Assembly: GCF_001194135.2 (NCBI RefSeq)
Contig: NC_068982.1
Span: 20,804,802 to 20,868,801, forward strand
DNA: 64,000 bases
Direction of reading: 5' to 3'
DNA from: Octopus bimaculoides
Lineage: Eukaryota
Below are positions 52,691 to 64,000 of this stretch, piece after piece (the first letter of the stretch is position 1; every line of letters begins with the position of its first letter). The translations under genes and the position numbers were made by a program. A model generated the notes under the pieces. The model made no database searches and was not told the origin of the DNA. It was given only the letters and a program-made list of their open reading frames with translations.

Positions 52691-55599
52691 TAAAACAGAT
52701 TTTGAGCGGGAAACTTGGGAGTAGTTGAAATGTTAGCAAGTAAGGTAAGTTTATTTTAAGAGTAGTGATTTTTTTCCTCTCATTCTACTTTACGTTTCAC
52801 TCTCTGGCTTCAGGTATTGAAGACACCAATGGTGCTCCGATTAACATTACACATAATATTCATGATGATTTGCCTAAACACAGCTTCGAAATCTATTTGC
52901 ATTTAATATAATTATTTAACATGTCCAATTGTATATACGAATTATACAATTATACACCTCTCTTCATTTACCATATGTTGAGCAGAACTAAATTACGGAC
53001 CACATGCGATATTTTTGCTCTTATATATAAGTAGGTAACTATCGTACGTATTTGTACACTCAGAAACAGACATTTAGCTATTGCTATTAATGTGCAACTG
53101 AATAATGTTATATATTTAAGAATATTATCAAAATATCAGCTATAGTGTTTCATAGAATGTACTCAGGTATGTGTTATATTTCATGTAAAATTGTATTTTA
53201 TGTTTCACTTCGATCATTTTATATCGCTTGTACAAAGGCGTTTAACTCTTGACAGATAACACAGGAGTGGAGATTCACACTGCCACAAATTATTTTTAAA
53301 TATGTTCTTATCACATGAACTTCCAATATATTTTAATTTCAGCAGAAAATATCTTATAAAGGGCAACCATATATATAGTCTTAAATTTCGAATCTATATA
53401 CTAGCATCCAGAGGTATTTCAGATGATAACATATTTATATGATACCATAGCATCATGTCTATTTCAAATACATGTCGAAGTTACGTTTTACGTATTATCG
53501 TCAATATAGAGTTTTGCATTACATAAAACTTAATATTTTTCCACAAATAACTTAAATTCAATATTTTCCAATTGCATGCGTTGGGTAGTTCTATATTAGG
53601 TCAAGAAAATATCAAACATATCTCAGATGCAGATTATATATCAAAGAAACCAAGTGAGATTTTATAAAGTTATTTCCTGGAATCTATGATATATTTGTTC
53701 TTACAAAACTACAAAAAACATTCCAGAACGAACATTCAAATTTGTTTTCTGTTTACATAAATTTCAACGACGTTTCTATCATGATGTGACTAAGTAAATT
53801 ACTTATTTACTCTATATTTTATCTATGCATAGGGAACAAGTAAATTGTACTGTTTAATTTTATGAAGTGCATGAATTAGATTACATATAAGCGCTACACT
53901 GCGTATCACACTGTAAACTCGAACATTTAGAATCGAAACAAACAAATTAAATTCCAAACAAAATTACCAGTATGAGTTTAATAGTAATAATTAAGAGAAC
54001 TCGAAAATGTCATGAGATTTATATTCATATCTACATGTTGATATAAAATTATATTATGGTATCCCATTAGAATTTTAGACGTACTAGTAACATGCGGTGC
54101 TACAATCAGAGCTGAATTTTGACAACTCAAACTTCAGCTGAAAATTAAAATCAGTTAACGAATACAAACTTATTATAGACAATTTTGTCAGTTTTTTTAA
54201 TATTATAAATTTCATTTGATTAAAGAATGCGAAGCAATACATTGATATAAGCCAAAAGACGCGAGGAAAATTATTCCTCCGGGTTTAGTTCGTACTGATA
54301 TGTATTAAAACCGATAAGAAGAAATAAAGAGACCTTTCACATAACTTTAATTAATACAAAAAATATAAGAATATATACTGCTAAAACAATTCACTAAACC
54401 TTTGCGTTTTGTATATTTCTTTCGTTATTTTCCTCTTTTTAATTTAAACTCGTTCACTTATTGGTTTTACCTGCAATATCATCTAAATGTTGTGGCTATC
54501 TGATGTTCTGGATGGACACATTTTAAGCTGTATATCTGACAGCGAATATTTCAGGCTTAAATCTCCTTTCTCAAACTAATCTGTTTTTCTTTTTGACACA
54601 TAAGCAGATATATCCGATGTCAGCCGACCTAACGTGTATAAATCAAAATAGGAAGTTGAAATTTACCGTCAATGCATAACACTGGACGTGTTTAAGCTAT
54701 TTTCTTTATCCTTAAATACATCTCTATTTCACTCTTCCGTGACCAGATCTCGTTGCAGACTGACAGGTGTCACGACCTGTCTTCGTAAAAGAAAGAAAAT
54801 AAGCAAGAGGATGACAATCAGATTTGCGATGCTGACTTAAGAGTTTGCATAACAGCAAGAAATAAATAGATGAATAAAAAGTCGGTCAGCTATTTTGGAT
54901 ATATATTTGTGTATGAGGCAAAGCAACATATATGAGGAAGTTAAGATGCCTGCTTCATAAAAACGATGTGCAGAGAAATAGAAAATGAAAGGCATAAAAG
55001 AAGATAAAAGAGATCCTTATATGTTTACAAATGACTCAAAATTTTATTTGAACGCCAACACGGTTCAACTCCTCTGAACTGGCTTTTACGTATCGTCCAT
55101 TATGTTAGGTGTATCCGTAGCATGTTTGAATGTGGATATAAATATAACTGTATTTCCCTAGCTGTGTAGCTGTGTGCTCAATATATTTAGCAGATATTTT
55201 TCCTTTAAGAAATGATTTTTTTACTGTATCTATATTCGTTCTTACCGTGTTTTCGTGTTGTTCATAACAGAAAGATTATAGATTGTCACGTCAAGTAATC
55301 TATCATGAAAAATATATTGTGTAAATTCAGATTGTGTATCAAAACACCTATCGAAAATTATTGGGATCCGACAAAAAATATTATTGCCTGAACATTTGCA
55401 TCACAATTTTCTTAGATTTATACTACATATTTACGTTTATGTTAATTTTCATATTACGTCCAAAAACACGTAAACGACACAGATAGATTACTCCGACGTT
55501 CTACTCAGATATTTATAGAGCATTTGGTATAATTAGTCAAAGCTTACTCAATCATCATGAAATATCTATGCTCAGCTCTTGATATATTCAAATATGTCA

Positions 55600-55770
55600 A
55601 TTACAGTTCTATAGTTAAGAGACGAGGAATTATGTACATTATTTACATTCGACGGGTATTTGTCCTCATTTTGTTTGTTGTTAACACAACGTTTCGGCTG
55701 TTATACCCTCCGGCCTTCTTCAGGTTTCTTGGGGAAATTTGGAACCTGGGTTCTAATTCCTAAATTATTT
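55600..55770 (-). mobile_element. Second copy of the hammerhead-bearing tail (no tRNA head)
   Basis: Aligns with 52230-52370 (gaacccaggtt..aaattt..ccaaga.acctgaagaagg...gaaacgttgtgttaacaacaaacaa). Confidence 0.85.
55683..55728 (-). ncRNA. Minimal type-I hammerhead ribozyme motif (one mismatch each in stems I and II)
   Basis: GAAAC-CUGAAGA-A-GGCCG(gaggguauaa)CAGCC-GAAA-C-GUU-GUGUU. Confidence 0.62.
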
Positions 55771-56540
55771 TTAAAAACGTTAGGAATTTCGGAAACCATG
55801 TAAGAAGCCTCACACCGCAAAACGTAAGACAAAGAGGCACTTTTAAATGTGTTTCCCGACGCTGTCACTCCTGCTCCAACGTTAATAGTATTACACCCGT
55901 TTCTCTTGGTACATCTCTCACAATGTTTTCTCTCTCCCACCAATTTTTTCTAACACATGAAACTTATTTAACCCTGTGATCTTTATCAGTCGCAGTCACT
56001 TGTCTTCAACTCACGAAATGTATAATTGTATTGTTTCTAATTATTTTCCTTCCTGGGGACATTTCTGTGAAGAAAGACTAACTACGAAACAATGCAATTC
56101 CACTGTATTATCTTCCAGTACATTTTACTTGACAATACATGTATTGCAGCTACAGAACAAAACGAGCGCCAGTCTCTTTGGAGGCTGTTTTATCACATAC
56201 ACACACACACACTTACACACATATAATCTATAGAGAGATTGGTATACATTTACTCAAACACATTTACACACACACACATACAGACACATACATTTAAACA
56301 ATAAATTAAATAGAGAGATTCAATTGACAATCTAATAATTTATTTATAATATAACATTATATACTATGAATATAATATAATACATTATAACATAAAAACT
56401 TATTAAAAAACTAAAAACGCCAACAATTTGTTTCGACATATATACATAATTTGATTTATAAACAATTCATATCCATTTATATAAGTCTCTTCACAGTTTT
56501 GGTTTTAAAGACATACGAAATTTCGTGCGAAAGGACGGTG

Positions 56541-56588
<48 letters not shown>

Positions 56589-57499
56589 TATATATATGTA
56601 TACACACCCCTAAACACGTAAACATATTTGTATATAACAAAGCCTACATGGCCATACACGCACAAATCCCAACGCATAAATTTATGCAACATATATATAT
56701 ACGCAAAATATGCATATACATACACAAGGGTATATAGGCGTACATTCACTCTCTCAAAAACAAACCTATAGGTTTAAACATCGAGTAAATAATACTATGA
56801 ATAACTCTAAATATATATATAATACTGAATTCCCATTGTCTAACTGTTGTCTTCACTACAAACAACATTTTGAAAATTACTCTCATAATCGCATTTATAG
56901 GAGAAACTATATCCAACGTGTAATACTTAATATACTGACATTAACTTTTCATCTGTCAATAATTTATTTACTAACATAAGGCATGATTCTCATCTCGCTC
57001 AAAATAACAATATGTTATCATCGAATACTAATAGGAGTAGTAAGATACGGAATACTACCTAATATAATTTTCTATTTTGGAAAGGGACCGACGCGTCTTG
57101 TAAATATTCTGTTTCAAATTCTAAATGATAATTTTTTCACAATATTTACAAAGGTTTGAACTGGTCAACCGTTAAACTTTCTTATTCAACTATCCAATTT
57201 GAGCTACATTATAGGAATATCACAATTTATTAAACAAATAGAACATAAATTTTAAGCAACAAAATGTCTATTATTAAGATATTGTTTGCAATCGTAGCCT
57301 TAGAATTACTAGGAAGTGCCATGTTAATAATAATGATGTTAATGGTAATGATGATAATAATTATAATTATGATGATAATAGATACCCTGATCCAGTACCA
57401 GGCACTGGGTCTCATGGGTTCTGATCTTAACTGACTGGAAGTGTCATCATATACATGTTTTGTCTTGGAATAAAAGATGGTCCGCAGCGAATATTCTGC

Positions 57500-57560
57500 T
57501 CAATACTTATTTGATCGACTCCGAAATGACTAAAGGCGAAGTGTGAACTCGGTGGTATAG
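57500..57560 (-). mobile_element. SINE family B fragment
   Basis: atttgatcgactccgaaatgactaaaggcgaagtg is a diverged reverse complement of the family B core. Confidence 0.55.
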
Positions 57561-57948
57561 GAAATTGGAGAGTAAAAATGGAAGAAATATTAGTAAGTAT
57601 TTTGCCTGGGATGCAAACGATTCTGCCAAGTCGCCGTTTAAAATATGCCTAGTGTATCAAGAAGGAATGAAGAGCACTTCTGCTTTGACAGTTTTACGTT
57701 ACTGTATAATTGTGTAATTACACAACAGATAAATAATGTATCACACCCATGTTTGTACACTGACAAGTGCACAATTTTTCACTGAGTACTTACAGTTCTC
57801 AGGAATCTAGCATTCACAGTACAATTAAAGGATTGCTAGTACTTTCTTAGATAGCTATTTGTATCGTACTGAAAGTATTTTGCTACCAAAAGAAATTTAT
57901 AACCGCCAAAACGCTGTTGATCATTCATACTTGTAGTTCATAATGATG

Positions 57949-57949
<1 letters not shown>

Positions 57950-58038
<89 letters not shown>
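57950..58038. repeat. (TA)n microsatellite
   Basis: Directly visible. Confidence 0.95.
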
Positions 58039-58089
58039 GAAGGGAGATAGAGAGAGAAAAAAGGGAGACAGAGATACATACATACTTGT

Positions 58090-58330
58090 ATAGGCAGGCA
58101 TCGATGTCGAAAGACCACGGCTTGCGCCTGGAGAATTTTGTGGTGCGGCATCTGCAGCGGCCGGACTTACATGGAACGAATACATTTCAAGATGCTCTGC
58201 CCTGGCAGTACTGTGTTTTCCTTTATTGGAGAACGCTTTTCTACCGTAACTAGTTTCAGTTTCTCCTCCCCTTGTGTAATACTAGTCTCCAGCTCGGGCT
58301 CAACTTTCGCAACATACCCCTACCTCAGAA
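58090..58330 (-). pseudogene. Possible third LINE ORF1 relic (knuckle region)
   Basis: GEEKLKLVTVEKRSP.../QYCQGR-HLEMYSFHVSPAAADAAP weakly resembles KLRVVVEGRPP-CxxCxxxGH of the 20 kb ORF1. Confidence 0.3.
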
Positions 58331-58379
58331 TGTGCAGACCTATTGACTTCATATCTCTCTTGTAGACGTTCTTACAACG

Positions 58380-58515
58380 ATGGTGAGTTCAAAATCAACG
58401 TGGCCATCATTACCTTTCATTCTTTCGGAGTAAAGAAAATAAGAACCAGGTGAAGAAATCGACGAGTCCCCTTCCCTCAAATTCCAGGTGTGGTACCAAT
58501 ATTAGAAAGGATATT
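58380..58515 (+). mobile_element. Diverged SINE family B copy
   Basis: gagttcaaaatcaacg...cctttcattctttcggagt..aaaataagaaccag. Confidence 0.6.
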
Positions 58516-59776
58516 AACAGAAAATTTCGAAAACATCCTCTATTATTATTAAATAGAGAAGTATCAGTAAAGTAATTGCAACAATATGAAATCTATGCAG
58601 CAATTAGTAAATTATTTTATTGGATTCTTAAACGTTCATTATGCGGCTTACCAGATGCATGCGCGTGCACACACATACACACGCTCAAATACATCTGGTG
58701 GAGATACCAAATCTTTAGCAATATAAATCAGCCTAGCTGGAGGATATGGTTTTAATGTACGTGTAATGATGCATGACTTAGAGTCTCTAACATTCACCAC
58801 GCAAAAAGCAATTAATATTTTATAATAATAGTTTCCAATACTTAATACTCTATCATCCATTTTGTTACATTTACTCACTCCTAGAAAACATCTAAGAATA
58901 TTAATCTATTTTATAGCTGTTGTTCCATGAGACATGATTATACGTCGAGGCTTTACTATATCTAGTTCCATACGAATATCACACAGCTAGTATGTTATTT
59001 CTAGGTAGATCAGCTTTCATTTTAACGAAATTATGTTTCTCAATCTAAAAGATAATATACAAATAATGTAATGTAACGCACAACATCCAAAAGATAAACT
59101 ATATACGCGGTCATTGTATATTAAAGAATTTTATGTATAAAAGAGTAAGTTACATGCGTACCTGTACATGGCTCGAGTATATTGGATTTTATTCAGATAA
59201 ACTGGCGTTCATTATGGTGCCTGTATTTAAATTATTTAGATATCTCTAGAGAACAATAAGAAATTAGAATGTATGAAATCATTTAATGGTGAGTATAAAT
59301 TTCCCACTTAACACCAATGAAATTGCCTTTAATTCAGCATTTATGTACTTGTTTAGACGAAATCTTATCACTGAATGGTAATGGTCATAAAAAGAAGGCT
59401 AATTACATATAAATCTGTGGCAATTAATAAAAAGCTAGACTAATCTATCACCGAATAAATTCAATGCAGTTACTGATTAGTTGAATTGTTGGACTTGTAC
59501 TACAGTCTAGCAATAATTGGCGTTTCTCTCAGGCAGCATATAAACTTAATAATCTTGAAGTATCTGTCGATTCTAATCCTCCAGTTATAATTCACGCTTT
59601 CATAATGAAAACCAAATAGATCATACGTTAATTAGGATTTCTTTTGATTTAAAGAAAAATTAAACAATAATCTTTGAAGTTTATCAGTTTAATAATATTA
59701 ATATTCTACACAAGTTATCATCATCATAACAACGTGGCCCGCGATCAGAAAAAGGGTATACACACGCATCCCCCCC

Positions 59777-59816
<40 letters not shown>

Positions 59817-59883
59817 CCTGCTTATGCGCTTTATGTAACAATTAATCACATGATGTATTAGCACATGTAAAAATTGGCACATA

Positions 59884-59985
59884 CGACGCTCTTTAATGTC
59901 TCCCGTAGAGGAAACTGTATTTCATTATTTGTACACACAACGCCCTTTAATGTCTCCCATAAATGAAGCAGCATTTTATTATTAG
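59884..59985. repeat. Imperfect tandem duplication, period ~54 bp
   Basis: acgctctttaatgtctcccgta... / acgccctttaatgtctcccata... Confidence 0.75.
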
Positions 59986-62900
59986 TTTGAACTGAAAAGC
60001 AATAAATCACTACGTGTTTTTCTCAAACATGCCTGAACGAAGATTATAAAAACAATTTACCTGAGAAGATAAGCTGAAGTAGCCGTAAATCGTGAAATTT
60101 CAAATAAATCAAACTCGCTAAAGAATGTCGTACTTTAACTTTGTGAAGCCAATACAGAAGTATGCTCTCTCATACACTTTTATTCTAAGTAATCAGATGC
60201 AAAATCAAACAAATAAAATACACGCATATATTCATTCTTCTATTCTGTAATTGGTAATAGATTTTTAGTGCACATATAAAGTGCATGTAACCCTCAATCC
60301 GTTTAGGAGTGAACAACGAAACTGTAAATCATTTTAAACCTATTTCCAAATATTAACATACATTTACACAAACAACAATTAGGTTCGAATTTTCTATTCA
60401 CCAGTAATGTATCCGTTACAATTAGATGCGTATGCGAATCTCACGCGCCTATGTCTATTACACAGAAACGAGAAAGCGAACACTTTATAGCTTTTGTTTC
60501 TCTTTTCTCTTGTTGTGGAGAAATATTTTTCTTTGGTTTTTCAGCTAACTCAAAATTTAAAGTATTCTTTAATTGGCCACTTCTATTCCTGAACGCGTGA
60601 TGTCGGAAGATTCAAATCTGTGTCTTTGTGTTCGTCAATGTAATGTTTTATTAGTAGCAGTACTTGAAAGGGTTGATATACAGGCACACTCTAAATTTAA
60701 ATACAATCTCTAGTATGAAAGAACAGTAAAACATTCTAAGCTAAACTGACTCACGAAGCTATCGTCATCCTTCAGAATTTCACACTACTCGGCATAATGC
60801 TTCGGCAGTTTAAGATAATCTTCAATTTGTTTTCTAATACATGTTTGCAAAATGTGATAAACAAAATATGATTATTTTTTCGTAGAAAATATATTGAATT
60901 GCTGCTGTTTAATCGTTTCTTTAAATATGTTCTAAGGTTTGTGCTCTTACAGGTAAAGTTCAAGAATGATTTCGCTCCGTAATATATAACGTTCTTCTTG
61001 ATTGATAATGCCATATTTTCTTTATAAGACGCGAAATGTTGTTGTTAATAGCGTTTGTGATATATGCCATTTTGTTTTATATCAGATAAAGGCAAATGCT
61101 TTGTGCACAAACGAATTGATTTATTTTAAGGCTTATTGTTTATATGTGCTATAGCCATTTGTTTCATAGCACATAGTAAATAGTTTGAATCTAAAATAGA
61201 TATATTGAGGTTTTGAGAAATGAAAGTATTAAAAATCGTGTTCTCAGCTTCAAAGACCCCTCCAAAAATGAGGAAGAGATATAAAGGAGAATTAAATTCG
61301 CGTGCGCATGGCAACAGAGAGACCGATGTATTCATATTTGTGACATCGACTGTTCTATAATCGAGCTCAATAAACATTAAATATATGGAACAATAAGAGC
61401 TATGCACTGAAAATAAATACCATATAATAACTAAACTAACCGATACTTCAAACAAAAGAACGGAAATAACATCAAATTGACGTTATAAAAACAATTTCTA
61501 CTTTCCAAACTTCAAAGGCAGAATAAGTGCCGATTGATCTGCAGTGTTTAAACAAATTGAAACAAGTAGAAGCTACTCCATTCACTCTTTCTCGTCTGTG
61601 GACAAAATGATGTGTTGCAATTTTGCAGAATATTTTCCATGATTCAACCATATGGTATGGGCTGATTTCTAGTAGAAATATAAGTTTCGGAACATTTTTG
61701 TTTTACCAATACTAAATCGATTACAATAACTTAAAGTATTCAACAATTATCAGTCTGGTTTGACTATGGCATCACCATCAATCTAACTATCTCATGTATT
61801 CTGCGTTTTTACACACAAAAATTCCTTCAATGGTTTTTCTCGTTATTTCGGTGTAACATACGAATCGTACCTTAATATGTCTTGAATATTATTTCATTGT
61901 TTAAAAATTAATTCCAAGTGAAGACTACAGTAAAAAGTTTACAAATACCTAAAAATTCCCTGTCAAGAAATTGTGACACTCACACAACGCAAACGGCTCA
62001 AGAATGCAGGGTTCAGAAATTACGAATTCGATATGTGTCTCAGTGTAACTATATGTCTGATCTTGATTTGGGCCGGGGACGTATGTCCCAGTAACATATT
62101 TATATTATCGATTTATGAGGGTAGAAATTGATATTAATTTTTACTGAGAACATATAATTTTTTCGTGGTTAGATGATTCGGCATCTATTTCTAGCATATA
62201 GGAGTCCACTTTTGCTGGTCATTCTTCTTATTTCTGTATTTATATTATTTATATTATTAATATATATATGTATGTATGTGTATATGTGTACATATTACAA
62301 ATAATTTCATGTTTGTGAAAATCGTCACGTAAATTGACATCTGTAGCGAAATGATTGAAAAGTTTGTAATGAATTTCCGAGAGATTGTAGCAGGCTGGAC
62401 CATAAAACACTATTTTGCCTAATCACTGATAGTTTTGAGCGTCACAGCTTGATAATCACCATAACACTGTTAACAGATACAGATCAAACGAGCCGGTAAA
62501 TTATACGAGTACTACACAGATATACCATATATGGCCTGAGTCTATTTGTGCATATATATGCCAATTGCGACACTGAAATACTTCTCTTAGCTCAAATGTG
62601 TCTGAACTTTGCATATAACAAGTGTCATAATTCCTTTCTAATGTTTCTGTACTAATCTTAGTCCTTCTGTTACTGAAGTTAGACCAATTGTTGTGCTGCT
62701 GAGACTTATTGGCGTTGGAACATATGTCCAGAACTATGCTTTAATCTCCGCAGAGTTAGCATGCACTTTTCCTTAATGAATTCCATATACATATACACAC
62801 GCACAGAATCATACACACGCACAGAAACACGAACACTCACATACACACTTATGTCAATGAAAGAATGTATTCAGGTATATATGTGTTTATCGACTTTTAT

Positions 62901-63519
62901 TGATCCTATTGAATTCTGTATTTGTTTACAAAAGCTGTTACATGAATAAATCAATGATCAATGATACGAATTAATGATAGCACTAATGTTACCTACCATG
63001 ATGATTAAATGTAATCTTGTGCGCAAACATTTTTTGCTTGTCAATATTATTAATTTTATTTGACAAAATTAATGTATTGAAAAAAATGTTTGTTGTAACG
63101 TCACTGCATTCTATTACGTTTCTCATCTCGAAAATGGACGGCATCAACATAGAAAGGAATATTCAAAATAATGTATAAGAGAATGAAATATGTATGTACA
63201 ATTTGTACTTCGTTAGTGATGATTAGTGTCATATTCAAATGGCTGGGCGTTGTCACACTTATTGGGTGTTGTCAATGCTACATAATTGATACAGAGATTT
63301 CAAGTTTGCAACGAAGTAGAAATGGAAGTTGTTTACAAATGATTATTTTTGTCGTTTTTTTTTCGTATCTGATGACAACAGATCACATACATGCATATAC
63401 AAATATTCATGCATACATCTATGAGCCTAAATTCATGCAGAAAATCAGCTTAATTTGCTCTGAATTTATGTAGGATGTGCTTCCATTTTCTAAACCTAAA
63501 TAAAATAAGTATAATAGGG

Positions 63520-63730
63520 GTGAATCTTTTCTACTCTAGGCCCAAGGCACGGAATTTTTGTGGTGGGGAACAGTCGATTAGATCGACTCAAGTACACAAC
63601 TGGTACTTAACTTATCCACCCGAAAGGATAAAAGGGAAAGTCGACCTAGGCGGAATTTGAACTCAAAACGTAAAGACAGACGAAATACCGTTAAGCATTT
63701 CGCTCGGCGCGATAACGTTTCTGCCAACTG
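63520..63730 (-). mobile_element. Near full-length SINE family B copy
   Basis: The reverse complement matches 49090-49290, including the B-box gagttcaaattcc and the tail cctagagtagaaaagattc. Confidence 0.85.
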
Positions 63731-64000
63731 CCAACCTTAATAATAATGTTGAATAGACACGAACGTGCACGTGATGAATAATAAAAATAACAATGTAAGA
63801 AAAGTAAACAGTCAACTGGTTGGTGTGTAACTTTTAGCGCACTTCAAACACACTCACAAACACAAGTACACACAGACATACACACATATATATTTAACAA
63901 TGTATATGCATATATGTGAATATATACATTCATATTTATATACATACCGATACACATATATGAATTCGTAATTATGTATGCAGGTATATATATGTATATA

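Noticed and set aside
60886-60952. Candidate exon KYIELLLFNRFFKYVLRFVLLQ
   Set aside because: Unrecognised AT-rich peptide, unsupported.
61250-61310. EEEI*RRIKFACAW, resembling the RTE-type RT C-terminal EIxRRI motif
   Set aside because: Too short and contains a stop.

Overview
AT-rich, microsatellite-laden eukaryotic (animal) DNA with 8 assembly gaps. The two tRNA-derived SINE families look, from memory, like those of Octopus (O. bimaculoides-like); this species call is unverified. No host protein-coding gene could be confidently identified, so the window is probably intergenic or intronic. It is a graveyard of mobile elements: Penelope-like element (PLE) fragments (two GIY-YIG endonuclease types, RT/linker pieces), RRM+CCHC LINE ORF1 relics, an L1/Tx1-like ORF2 C-terminus, a non-autonomous Helitron (TC...hairpin-CTAG, in an AT site), a pogo/Tigger-like MITE and many SINEs. 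The most interesting signal is a set of minimal type-I hammerhead ribozyme motifs with palindromic stem III. One has an intact core and lies in the loop of a ~370-bp foldback element (12338-12396, minus). Two lie in a repeat tail (52282-52327, 55683-55728, minus); the first of these is joined to a tRNA-SINE head. A further motif can be reconstructed from three decayed units of another inverted repeat (7.1-7.8 kb). Together with at least seven long palindromes, this suggests non-autonomous, PLE-dependent, retrozyme-like foldback elements.
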